Virus record (IMG/VR): IMGVR_UViG_3300037336_000025
Coordinates: 1-64,000 of that record
From: a virus
DNA length: 64,000 nucleotides
Strand: one strand, 5' to 3'
The notes beneath the pieces are model-generated. The model ran no database searches, was not told where the DNA came from, and saw nothing but the letters and a program-made list of their open reading frames with translations. Numbering within the stretch: position 1 is the stretch's first letter; the number at the start of each line of letters is the position of its first letter. This document shows positions 16,146-25,100 of the stretch, in pieces. Both the position numbers and the translations under genes were made by a program.

Positions 16146-18815
16146 TTGAGTTACGTAGACGCTTTCTTTGACAGAGAGCAGGATTTAATTCGCGTCGTTG
16201 AACGAAACGAAAAAGGCGAAAGACATTTTAAAGAATATCCTGCTCGTCATATATTTTATTACCCAGACCCAAAAGGCAAGTTCCTTTCAATCAAGGGCGA
16301 ACCTTTAACCAGAGTTTCAAGCAGAAGCGTTAAAGAGCATCGCAAAGAGCTTTCAATCTACAGTGGAAAGAAACTGTATGAAAGCGATATCAACCCAATC
16401 TATCGTTGTCTAGAAGACAACTATCTTAATCAAGATGCCCCTAAGCTAAATGTAGCATGGTTCGACATTGAGGTAGACTTTGATCCAGAACGTGGCTATG
16501 CTTCGCCGGAAGATGCATTCATGCCAATTACTGCTATCGCTGTCTACCTACAATGGATGGAGACAATGGTGTGTTTAGCAATTCCTCCTAAGACACTAAG
16601 TATGGAAGAAGCTAAGAAGCAGGTTGAAGAATTTCCTAACACTATACTGTTTGATAACGAAGCAGACATGTTAGACACATTCTTAGATCTAATTCAAGAC
16701 TCGGACGTACTAAGTGGATGGAACAGTGAAGGCTTCGATATTCCCTACACGGTAAATCGTGTTACTAAAGTTCTAAGCAAAGAGGACACACGTAGATTCT
16801 GCTTGTGGAATCAATTCCCCAAGAAGCGTGAATACGAAAAGTACGGTAAGGCTGCTACTACATATGACTTAATTGGGCGTGTACACTTAGACAGTTTGAA
16901 CTTGTATCGTAAATACACGTATGAAGAACGGCATACCTATCGACTAGACGCTATTGGCGAGCAGGAAATTGGCGAGAACAAAACTGTCTACGAAGGTACA
17001 TTAGATCAGTTGTATAACAATGACTTTAAACGCTTCATTGAATATAACAGACAGGATACTATGCTTCTTGAGAAACTTGACAAGAAGTTAAAGTTTATGG
17101 ATCTTGCCAATACACTAGCACATGAGTGTACTGTGTTGTTGCAGACTACTATGGGCGCAGTAGCTGTTACTGAACAGGCCATTATTAACGAAGCTCATAA
17201 GCGTGGATTCATTGTTCCTAATCGCATCAGCCGTGACACTGAAGTAGATACACAGGCTGCTGGTGCATATGTTGCGTTTCCTAAGAAAGGTATTCACGAG
17301 TGGATTGGCTCTCTGGATATTAACTCACTATATCCTTCAGCAATTCGTGCATTGAACATGGGCCCAGAAACAATTGTTGGACAATTGCGTCAAGATGGTA
17401 CTAAAGACTTTATTGCCGCAGAGATGGCAAAAGGCCGTAGCTTTGCCGGCGCGTGGGAAGGTATCTTTGGTAGCTTAGAATACACTGCTGTTATGGATCG
17501 CAACGTTGGTCGAGAAATAACTATTGACTGGGAAGACGGCGGTCACGATACCCTAAGTGCTGCACAGGTATATGATTTGATCTTTGACAGCAATCAGCCT
17601 TGGATGCTGAGTGCTAACGGCACTATCTTTACTTACGAAAAAGAAGGTATTATTCCTGGATTGCTAAAGCGTTGGTATGCTGAACGTAAAGAAATGCAGG
17701 CTAAACTTAAAGACTGTATTAAGGCAGGTAATAAGATTGAAGAAGAATACTGGGACAAGCGTCAATTAGTCAAGAAGATTAACTTGAACAGTTTGTACGG
17801 TGCTATTCTTAACGCTGGCTGTAGATTCTTTGACAACCGTATTGGACAATCAACTACACTTACAGGCCGTGCCATTGCACAACACATGGCTGGTAAAGTA
17901 AATGAAATTATCACCGGCGAGTTTAATCACACAGGTAAGGCAATTATCTATGGTGATACTGACTCCTGTTACTTCTCAGCATATGCCACGCTGAGAAAAG
18001 AGATTGACAAGGGCACACTGCCTTGGACAAGAGAGAGTGTAATTGAACTTTACGATACTATAGGAGAAACAGTAAATGACACATTCCCCAAGTTTATGCA
18101 AGACGCATTCCATGTACCTAAATCACGAGGAGAGGTCATTAAAGCAGGTCGCGAGATTGTTGCTTCCAAAGGACTATTCATTACTAAAAAACGATACGCA
18201 GTCCTCTACTATGACAAAGAAGGCAAGCGAGCAGACACGGACGGACAGGGTGGTAAGATCAAGGCCATGGGTCTTGACCTTAAGCGTTCAGATACCCCGG
18301 TTATTATCCAAGAGTTTTTAAGTCAAGTATTAACTCGAGTGCTAAATGGTGATGGTCAAGAATCTATTCTAGAGTATATCACTGAATTCCGCACTGAGTT
18401 TAAACTACGTCCAGGTTGGGAGAAAGGTTCGCCTAAACGTGCCAATAAGATCTCAGAGTATCGTGACAAAGAAAAGAAAGCAGGTAAGACTACAATGCCC
18501 GGACATGTCCGTGCTAGTTTGAATTGGAACACTTTAAAGCGTATGATGGATGACAAATATTCAGTAGCTATTACAGACGGTGCTAAAGTTATTGTGTGTA
18601 AGGTTAAAGATAATCCAATGGGCTATACTAGTGTTGCATATCCTGTAGATGAATTGCGTTTGCCGCAGTGGTTTAAAGACTTACCATTTAATGATGCAGA
18701 AATGGAAAATGCTGTCATTGATGAAAAGTTGGAGAACTTAATCGGTGTACTAGACTGGGACCTCAGTTCAACCCGCAGTGATAATAATTTTAACAAACTA
18801 TTTGACTTTGAGTAA
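16146..18815 (+). CDS. family B DNA polymerase (T4 gp43-like)
   Basis: Exo I FDIEVD, Exo II SGWNSEGFDIPY, Exo III YNRQD; Pol SLDINSLYPS, KINLNSLYG, YGDTDS, KKRYA; TTG start with SD. Confidence 0.97.
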   Translation: MSYVDAFFDREQDLIRVVERNEKGERHFKEYPARHIFYYPDPKGKFLSIKGEPLTRVSSRSVKEHRKELSIYSGKKLYESDINPIYRCLEDNYLNQDAPKLNVAWFDIEVDFDPERGYASPEDAFMPITAIAVYLQWMETMVCLAIPPKTLSMEEAKKQVEEFPNTILFDNEADMLDTFLDLIQDSDVLSGWNSEGFDIPYTVNRVTKVLSKEDTRRFCLWNQFPKKREYEKYGKAATTYDLIGRVHLDSLNLYRKYTYEERHTYRLDAIGEQEIGENKTVYEGTLDQLYNNDFKRFIEYNRQDTMLLEKLDKKLKFMDLANTLAHECTVLLQTTMGAVAVTEQAIINEAHKRGFIVPNRISRDTEVDTQAAGAYVAFPKKGIHEWIGSLDINSLYPSAIRALNMGPETIVGQLRQDGTKDFIAAEMAKGRSFAGAWEGIFGSLEYTAVMDRNVGREITIDWEDGGHDTLSAAQVYDLIFDSNQPWMLSANGTIFTYEKEGIIPGLLKRWYAERKEMQAKLKDCIKAGNKIEEEYWDKRQLVKKINLNSLYGAILNAGCRFFDNRIGQSTTLTGRAIAQHMAGKVNEIITGEFNHTGKAIIYGDTDSCYFSAYATLRKEIDKGTLPWTRESVIELYDTIGETVNDTFPKFMQDAFHVPKSRGEVIKAGREIVASKGLFITKKRYAVLYYDKEGKRADTDGQGGKIKAMGLDLKRSDTPVIIQEFLSQVLTRVLNGDGQESILEYITEFRTEFKLRPGWEKGSPKRANKISEYRDKEKKAGKTTMPGHVRASLNWNTLKRMMDDKYSVAITDGAKVIVCKVKDNPMGYTSVAYPVDELRLPQWFKDLPFNDAEMENAVIDEKLENLIGVLDWDLSSTRSDNNFNKLFDFE

Positions 18816-18822
18816 ATTGCGG

Positions 18823-18851
18823 TTGCTTTTTACTCTAACCCTAAGTATAAT
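18823..18851 (+). promoter_or_regulatory. sigma70-type promoter
   Basis: TTGCTT-17 nt-TATAAT; GGAGA SD before ATG 18876. Confidence 0.7.
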
Positions 18852-18875
18852 ATTCATATAACCGGAGAAATCTAA

Positions 18876-19613
18876 ATGAAAGACATTTTACAAGACATCG
18901 TATCACACACCCAGAATCTAGGATTTTTAACTACAGTTAAGGTCACAGGTACAGAACGTGGTACAACTATTAACTCTATGGCTGACGATCGTTCAGTTAT
19001 CATGGAAGCTACTACTGCTAGCCCGCAACCAGATATGATTGGTGTGTTTGGCATGCCACAACTTAATAAACTGAAGTATTTGCTAGACGGTGCTGAGTAC
19101 AAAGAAGATGCTAAAATTAGTATCACTACAGCAGAACGTAACGGAGAAACATTGCCAGTTGGTTTACATTTTGAAAACAAAGATGGCGACTTTAAAAACG
19201 ATTACCGTTTTATGAATTCAGAAATCATTAACGAGAAAATGAAGACTGTTAAGTTCCGCGGTGTTAAGTGGGATGTAGAGATTGAACCTAGCGTTGCCGC
19301 AGTACAGCGTTTTAACTTCCAAGCTGGTGCTAATAATGAACATCCAACATTCTTGGCAAAAACAGATGGTAGCAATCTAAAGTTTATCTTTGGTGATGCT
19401 AGCACACACGGCGGTGAGTTTATCTTTGCACAAAACGTTGCAGGTAAATTGGATCGTGGTTGGACTTGGCCTATTGTGCCAATCTTGAGTATCCTTAAGA
19501 TTGCGGATGTTAACAACACAAAGATGTCTTTGAGTAATGAAGGTGCTATCCAGATTACTTTAGACAGCGGTCTTGCTACTTACAAATATATCATTCCAGC
19601 ACAAGCGGCCTAA
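18876..19613 (+). CDS. putative DNA polymerase sliding clamp (gp45/PCNA-like)
   Basis: 245 aa with alternating beta/alpha pattern, immediately downstream of the polymerase, C-terminal YKYIIPA as in clamp folds. Inferred from size and position only. Confidence 0.5.
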   Translation: MKDILQDIVSHTQNLGFLTTVKVTGTERGTTINSMADDRSVIMEATTASPQPDMIGVFGMPQLNKLKYLLDGAEYKEDAKISITTAERNGETLPVGLHFENKDGDFKNDYRFMNSEIINEKMKTVKFRGVKWDVEIEPSVAAVQRFNFQAGANNEHPTFLAKTDGSNLKFIFGDASTHGGEFIFAQNVAGKLDRGWTWPIVPILSILKIADVNNTKMSLSNEGAIQITLDSGLATYKYIIPAQAA

Positions 19614-19615
19614 AT

Positions 19616-19984
19616 ATGATTAAGGGCTTACAAGGTTATAACGGTGTAACGGTAAATGGCGGCAACACTGTCCTGCAGTATGTTGCCCCGAACGCTGCTA
19701 ATCCAATGATGGGTATGCTGAGAATCAACGGCACTGATATAGAAGTGTTTAATGGCTCCAGTTGGCAATACTTATCCACCAGCTATGCTACTGTAGGCCT
19801 TGATCAAGATATACTAGACATAGTACAATGGGTACGTAAGAAGCGTGACGAAGAATTAAAGTTGCATAGCTTGGCAAATGACAATAAGGCTGTTAAAATA
19901 GCATTAGACAATTTAGAACAGGCAAGACAACAATTAGATATAACAGTAAAATTATCGAGAGAATATGAGCAAACAACCAGTTGA
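19616..19984 (+). CDS. hypothetical protein (122 aa)
   Basis: Coupled ORF with a C-terminal coiled coil. Confidence 0.7.
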   Translation: MIKGLQGYNGVTVNGGNTVLQYVAPNAANPMMGMLRINGTDIEVFNGSSWQYLSTSYATVGLDQDILDIVQWVRKKRDEELKLHSLANDNKAVKIALDNLEQARQQLDITVKLSREYEQTTS

Positions 19985-21503
19985 TTTAACACCCCTACAG
20001 AAAGACTACGCAGTCTATTTGCCTGCGATTAGTAGTTTCTATTCTACCTACGTGGCAAAACAACGCAAGGGAGATTTTGTACCCAAAGATCGAATTCCAG
20101 CGGGTTTTGATCGAGGCATCGAAGGTATGAACTTCTTAAACCCAGAAGAAGGATACTTCTATTACAAGTACGGATTGTATTCAGCAGGCCATGCACAACT
20201 AGATCTAGTTAAGACTATGGATCATGACTCAATGATTCAGCAACGTGATCGCAACAAAACAATGATCTTGGGCGACTCCGGTGGTTACCAGATTGGTAAA
20301 GGTATCCTTAAGTTTGATTGGCTAGACTTTGAAGGCAAAAAAGCTAACAAGACTCGTGATGATATTCTTAACTGGCTTGAACTAACTGCTGATTGGTCAA
20401 TGATGCTGGACGTTCCTACGTGGGCATGTGACCATATTCATAGTCCAAAGACAGGACTAAAGTCATTTGAAGACTGTCTAGATAAAACTCGTCACAATAA
20501 CAAGTACTTCTTGGACAATCGTTTAGGTGCTACTAAGTTCCTAAACGTTCTACAAGGTAGTAACTGGGATACTGCCGAAGCGTGGTACGAAGGTGTTAAA
20601 GAGTTTAGCGATAAGAAAGTTTGGGGCGATAAAGCCGCTGAAGGGTGGGCAATGGGCGGTGCGAATATGTGTAAGATGCATATTGCACTACGCCGCATAA
20701 TCACTATGCGGTTTGACGGTATGCTAGAAGGCAAGGATTGGATGCACTTCTTGGGCACTGCACAATTAGATTGGTCGTGCTATTTGACCAGTATTCAACG
20801 TCAGGTCCGTAAACATATTAATCCTAACTTTACAATTAGCTTTGATTGTGCGTCGCCGTTTATTGCAACTGCACACGGACTTGTTTACACTAACAGTCAG
20901 CATACAGCCAAGCGGTGGAGTGTTATTATGGACAAAGCTCCAGATAATAAAGCACTTGCGTCGCGCCCGGACATTCCGTTTCCATTCGAAAGCGAGATTG
21001 GTCGCAGACTAAATGTTTCAGATATCTGTCACTACAAGCCAGGAATGTTAAACAAGATTGGCAAAGAAGGCAAGACTTCGTGGGACAGCTTTGGTTATGC
21101 ACTGATGATGGGTCATAATGTTTATCAACATATTGTTGCTGTACAACGTGCTAACAACTTGGCAGATATTGAACAGGCTAAGATCCGACCAGACTGGAGA
21201 CAGTGGAAGAAGAACAAAGATCGTGACATGAGTGACGAGTATAGTGATTGGGTTCCCCGTAACATTCTGTACTTTGATCGTTTTGTTGAAGAGCTGTTTG
21301 ACTGTCCAGACAAAGAATCCGCATTTGCTATGATTGCTGACGCAGAGACTAGAGGCTTTATGCAGAATTTGGAAGGCTCACGCTTGCGTGGTGGCGTTAC
21401 GAATATCTCAAACGACCTGTTCTATGAAGAAGGCAGTGAAGACAAAGATTCGTGGAACGATGATCGCGAAGATGGCGAATTGGATAAACTGGTAGCAGAA
21501 TAA
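19965..21503 (+). CDS. dpdA: tRNA-guanine transglycosylase-like protein, probable DNA 7-deazaguanine transglycosylase (DpdA family)
   Basis: TGT-fold motifs GDSGGYQ, MLDVP, LNVLQG, GWAMGG, MHFLG and FDCASP; clustered with folE, queE and a queD-like gene. Confidence 0.75.
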   Translation: MSKQPVDLTPLQKDYAVYLPAISSFYSTYVAKQRKGDFVPKDRIPAGFDRGIEGMNFLNPEEGYFYYKYGLYSAGHAQLDLVKTMDHDSMIQQRDRNKTMILGDSGGYQIGKGILKFDWLDFEGKKANKTRDDILNWLELTADWSMMLDVPTWACDHIHSPKTGLKSFEDCLDKTRHNNKYFLDNRLGATKFLNVLQGSNWDTAEAWYEGVKEFSDKKVWGDKAAEGWAMGGANMCKMHIALRRIITMRFDGMLEGKDWMHFLGTAQLDWSCYLTSIQRQVRKHINPNFTISFDCASPFIATAHGLVYTNSQHTAKRWSVIMDKAPDNKALASRPDIPFPFESEIGRRLNVSDICHYKPGMLNKIGKEGKTSWDSFGYALMMGHNVYQHIVAVQRANNLADIEQAKIRPDWRQWKKNKDRDMSDEYSDWVPRNILYFDRFVEELFDCPDKESAFAMIADAETRGFMQNLEGSRLRGGVTNISNDLFYEEGSEDKDSWNDDREDGELDKLVAE

Positions 21504-21505
21504 CA

Positions 21506-21534
21506 TTGCTAACTGAGCAATTTGATGCTATAAT
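21506..21534 (+). promoter_or_regulatory. sigma70-type promoter
   Basis: TTGCTA-17 nt-TATAAT with TGn extension; -35 inside inverted repeat ATTGCT-5-AGCAAT. Confidence 0.75.
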
Positions 21535-21540
21535 TAATGT

Positions 21541-21744
21541 ATGAATACACTATCACTTAATCGTAAACAAATTGAAAAGCTCACCGAGATAGTGACCCAT
21601 TTTAAAGAAGTAGAATGGTTCACTATCAGGGTAGATCGTAGTAGTGGCATAGGGGAAGGGATTACTATTGAATTTAATCTCTTTAATGACAATGATAAAG
21701 ATGTCGATACTAAAATTGACATCACTGATTTGAGTACATGGTAA
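21541..21744 (+). CDS. hypothetical protein (67 aa)
   Basis: ATG 6 nt after the -10 box, no SD. Confidence 0.7.
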   Translation: MNTLSLNRKQIEKLTEIVTHFKEVEWFTIRVDRSSGIGEGITIEFNLFNDNDKDVDTKIDITDLSTW

Positions 21745-22184
21745 TGGGTGAAGATCAAGGACTTAACAAGTACGAAACATTTGCCAAGAATATGGAAGAA
21801 CAGTTTCCCAAGATGTTTGCAGGTGATTACGGCGGCTTTTCTGTAGGCGCTGGCTGGTATCTACTGTTAGAAACACTCTGTTCTAATATCCAGCATCACC
21901 TCAACTGGAAGAATAAAACAGCGGAAGTTGTTCCACAAGTAACTGTGGCACAGATTAAAGAAAAGTTTGGTGGACTGCGTTTCTACTACGATGGCGGCGA
22001 TGACTACATTCGCGGTCTAGTTAGCATGGCAGAATCGTGGGCAGACATTACATGCGAAGAGTGTGGTAGTGTTGGAAAGAGACGAGGCGACGGATGGATA
22101 CGTACATTGTGTGATGTCCATGAAGCAGAACTGCAAGAACGTAAACGCACACAAGAAATGAAAGATGGAGGTTTTGAAGAATGA
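21744..22184 (+). CDS. conserved phage protein with C-terminal Cys/His zinc-binding motif
   Basis: QIKEKFGGLRFY...TCEECG...GWIRTLCDVH; start probably the ATG overlapping the upstream stop (track gives 21738). Confidence 0.7.
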   Translation: MGEDQGLNKYETFAKNMEEQFPKMFAGDYGGFSVGAGWYLLLETLCSNIQHHLNWKNKTAEVVPQVTVAQIKEKFGGLRFYYDGGDDYIRGLVSMAESWADITCEECGSVGKRRGDGWIRTLCDVHEAELQERKRTQEMKDGGFEE

Positions 22185-22693
22185 AACGTGATTACGCAGA
22201 CGGCGTTGCTGACGATATTGTATTCTTTATCGGTAATGAAGTAGAACATACTCCTGCATACGGGTTAAAAACTTTGTTTGTTACAGGCGTACAACCTGTA
22301 GGAAATATTGCATTGAATTTACAGGGCTGTGAGCATATCTTCTTTGGCGCTAATCATAGTTTTAACCCTAAAGACTACGAAGAGCATAAGTGTTGGGAAG
22401 AGATGATCTTTTACTTTTTGAAGAAAGAGTATCTGTGCAGTCTAGATATTCCAATGAGCCAGGTAGAAGAGTTTCATGAAAGCGGTTACTGCGAATACAA
22501 TAACTTTATTCCGCAGATTCGTGTGCCTATTCCATATATCAAGTTATGGAATTATAATACAATGCTAAAGATTGATGATAAAGATTTTAAAGCAACCAAT
22601 CCCGGCGTATGGTCTCATAGTCTACATACGCTAATGGATCGTAGTAAGTTTGCAGACTGGTCACAATACAAAAACGATGAGATTGTAAAGTAA
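22181..22693 (+). CDS. conserved hypothetical protein in the deazaguanine locus
   Basis: FIGNEVEHTPAYGLKTLFV...HIFFGANHSF; coupled on both sides. Confidence 0.7.
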   Translation: MKRDYADGVADDIVFFIGNEVEHTPAYGLKTLFVTGVQPVGNIALNLQGCEHIFFGANHSFNPKDYEEHKCWEEMIFYFLKKEYLCSLDIPMSQVEEFHESGYCEYNNFIPQIRVPIPYIKLWNYNTMLKIDDKDFKATNPGVWSHSLHTLMDRSKFADWSQYKNDEIVK

Positions 22694-23094
22694 TGGGACC
22701 ACATGGATCAGCATACACAACTGCCTCTAGTAAAGTATCAACCCGTAATTCACGTGGAATAGGCACTAGCGGTTGCCGAGTTCAAGGCACACACACCGCA
22801 GTTAATAAAGTAAAGAGCATAAAAATGACATTGAAACAACGATTCCGCAACTGGCTCCTTAATCAAAATAACGACGCGATTGAGTACGAGAAGCCCACTA
22901 GAGAATCAGAAGAGCGTTTTCATAGCGATGGCATGAAACTACAGGTCTACAAAGGTAGTGGCGGCTTTGTAGTAGAAGTTCGTAACTATGATCGTAAACG
23001 TGATGAGGACAATAATAAAATGTACATCATTCACGATGACAAAGACCTCGGTGAGGAACTTGGTAAAATTATAACTATGGAAAGTATGAGATGA
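22693..23094 (+). CDS. hypothetical protein (133 aa)
   Basis: Coupled ORF. Confidence 0.65.
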   Translation: MGPHGSAYTTASSKVSTRNSRGIGTSGCRVQGTHTAVNKVKSIKMTLKQRFRNWLLNQNNDAIEYEKPTRESEERFHSDGMKLQVYKGSGGFVVEVRNYDRKRDEDNNKMYIIHDDKDLGEELGKIITMESMR

Positions 23095-23339
23095 ACCAAA
23101 AAATTAAACGTGCATTAGACAAGGCAACTGAAAATATTTTAGGTGTCAATGTTACCAATCAAGAGAATTTTGCTAGACTATTGCTAGAAGAATGTGTTAC
23201 AATTATTGATAATATGCAATTTACTAAAGAAGGTCCAACAGAGGCAGCACAGTATCAACGTACACTTTGTGGATCTACAATCAAAGAGCATTTCGGGTTG
23301 CAAGGCAAAGGACCTATATCATCAAAGTACATTCTATGA
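23091..23339 (+). CDS. hypothetical protein (82 aa)
   Basis: ATGA overlaps at both ends. Confidence 0.6.
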   Translation: MNQKIKRALDKATENILGVNVTNQENFARLLLEECVTIIDNMQFTKEGPTEAAQYQRTLCGSTIKEHFGLQGKGPISSKYIL

Positions 23340-23716
23340 TTATTAAACAAGACATTCGCCCAGCAACTATGACTTTTATTAAAGTTCGTACAGAATTTGA
23401 AGGGTTTCACTATTACCCAAACGCTGGATCAATTGATCCACGTATCCAGTTTCTTGAAAATGAACATCGACACATGTTCAAAGTTGAAGTAAAGATTAGT
23501 GTTACACACTTAGACCGTGAATTAGAGTTCTTCCTTGTTAAGTGGGCATTGGCAGAATTTATTAAAGACGGTAAAATGAATCACAAGAGTTGCGAAATGA
23601 TTGCAACAGACATCTTGGAAAAGCATTTGATTCCAGCATATGGATCAAATCGATACTACGAAATTGTAGTGTCAGAAGACGGTGAATCCGATGGTATCAT
23701 CGAATACAAACCATAA
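23336..23716 (+). CDS. QueD-like T-fold protein (6-carboxytetrahydropterin synthase / DpdL-like)
   Basis: FEGFH...FLENEHRHMF...SCEMIA parallels the QueD F.AAH/HxH/TAENIA pattern but has LxxxHRHxF instead of CxxxHGH; ATGA-coupled start at 23336 (track 23267). Confidence 0.7.
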   Translation: MIIKQDIRPATMTFIKVRTEFEGFHYYPNAGSIDPRIQFLENEHRHMFKVEVKISVTHLDRELEFFLVKWALAEFIKDGKMNHKSCEMIATDILEKHLIPAYGSNRYYEIVVSEDGESDGIIEYKP

Positions 23717-23749
23717 TAATAATATTATTAAGTACTAAGGAAAGCTAAC

Positions 23750-24007
23750 ATGGCTAAGAATTACCGCGACGTTGCCTATTTTGAAAATCGCCCCGACATT
23801 GTTCGGATCTTTGATGACTTGGAAGCGTTTCAAGACTTTTGTCGTATGGAACTTCGAGAGTTTGACCCTGCGGAAATTTACCGCAAAGAAGGTGCTCCTA
23901 ACTATGGTGCGTTCCTAGCAAGCAAGCGACCGCGCCGGCCTTACCTAGGCAAGAACCCACGTTGGGATAATAACGGAAAGCGCAATGAGCAGAATTTTTC
24001 TCGTTGA
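23750..24007 (+). CDS. hypothetical protein (85 aa)
   Basis: AAGGA SD; overlaps the glycosyltransferase start. Confidence 0.7.
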   Translation: MAKNYRDVAYFENRPDIVRIFDDLEAFQDFCRMELREFDPAEIYRKEGAPNYGAFLASKRPRRPYLGKNPRWDNNGKRNEQNFSR

Positions 24008-25058
24008 TTTAGAAGCAGTCGAGACAAGGTACACGGGACAATGGCAGTCCCATGTGCCTGCCTTACTACGAAAGAAAGGACACAATGTTCAAATTATATC
24101 AGGCCCTGCGGATATTCCTAGTGCAACTACTCCTGGAGCGTTTCTCAACTTTGGCGGAACTAATATATACAAGGCTAGTCAAGTTGAGCAGCTGGGCCGT
24201 TTATTTTGTAATGGAGCCGTTCGCCCAGGTGATCATTTTATATTTACTGATGCTTGGCACCCTGGTATCATCAATCTCAAGTACATGAGCGAATTACTGG
24301 GTATTCCAGTAACTACACATGGACTATGGCATGCTGGCAGTTATGACCCACAAGACTTTTTAGGACGTCTTGTTGGTAATAAGCCTTGGGTTAGACACGC
24401 TGAGAAAAGTTTCTTTCATGCGTTCGATCATAACTATTTTGCTACGAATTTTCATATCGATATGTTTCGTAACAATTTGTTAGAGGTTAACTTAGGTACA
24501 GTTTATAACTATAAAGTTTCTAAGAAGATTGTCCAGACTGGGTGGCCCATGGAGTATATGGAAGATACATTGACTATGTATAAGAACATGCCAAAGCGTG
24601 ACCTTATACTGTTCCCTCATCGCATAGCGCCAGAGAAACAAGTAGATATCTTTCGTGACTTAGCTATGCACTTGCCTCAGTATGAGTTTGTTGTATGTCA
24701 GGATCAACAGCTGACAAAGAATGAATACCATAATCTGCTAGGACAATCTAAGATTGTGTTTAGTGCAAACTTGCAAGAAACGTTAGGCATTAGTTGGTAT
24801 GAAGGTGCATTAGTGGGCGCTGTTCCAATGATGCCAGATAGACTAAGCTACAGCGAAATGGCATTTGATACTTTCAAGTATCCGAGCGAATGGACTGATA
24901 CTTGGGAGAACTATAATATCCATAGACAAGAAATCTGCTACAAGATTATACAGTACATGGAAAATTACGAAAAGTTTTTACCCAGCCTAAATAAACAAGT
25001 AGATGCATTAACTGAACATTATTTTAGTTGCAATAAACTATTAGAGATGCTAAAATAA
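23985..25058 (+). CDS. GT-B fold glycosyltransferase (GT4-like)
   Basis: C-terminal PHRIAPEK and QETLGISWYEGALVGAVPMMPDRLSYSE match the GT4 nucleotide-sugar-binding ExFG...E motif. Confidence 0.75.
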   Translation: MSRIFLVDLEAVETRYTGQWQSHVPALLRKKGHNVQIISGPADIPSATTPGAFLNFGGTNIYKASQVEQLGRLFCNGAVRPGDHFIFTDAWHPGIINLKYMSELLGIPVTTHGLWHAGSYDPQDFLGRLVGNKPWVRHAEKSFFHAFDHNYFATNFHIDMFRNNLLEVNLGTVYNYKVSKKIVQTGWPMEYMEDTLTMYKNMPKRDLILFPHRIAPEKQVDIFRDLAMHLPQYEFVVCQDQQLTKNEYHNLLGQSKIVFSANLQETLGISWYEGALVGAVPMMPDRLSYSEMAFDTFKYPSEWTDTWENYNIHRQEICYKIIQYMENYEKFLPSLNKQVDALTEHYFSCNKLLEMLK

Positions 25059-25100
25059 AACTATACAGGCAATCCACTGCTTAAACATCGGAGAAATATA

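Noticed and set aside
16146-18815. Intein, intron or split in the DNA polymerase
   Set aside because: 889 aa with all exonuclease and polymerase motifs at ordinary spacing; no intein termini or homing endonuclease motif.
25061-25100. preQ1 riboswitch or operator hairpin upstream of folE (AGGC-AATCCACT-GCTT)
   Set aside because: Only a 4-bp stem with a G-U pair and none of the preQ1-I features (A-rich tail, pseudoknot); too weak to claim, though folE also starts with TTG.
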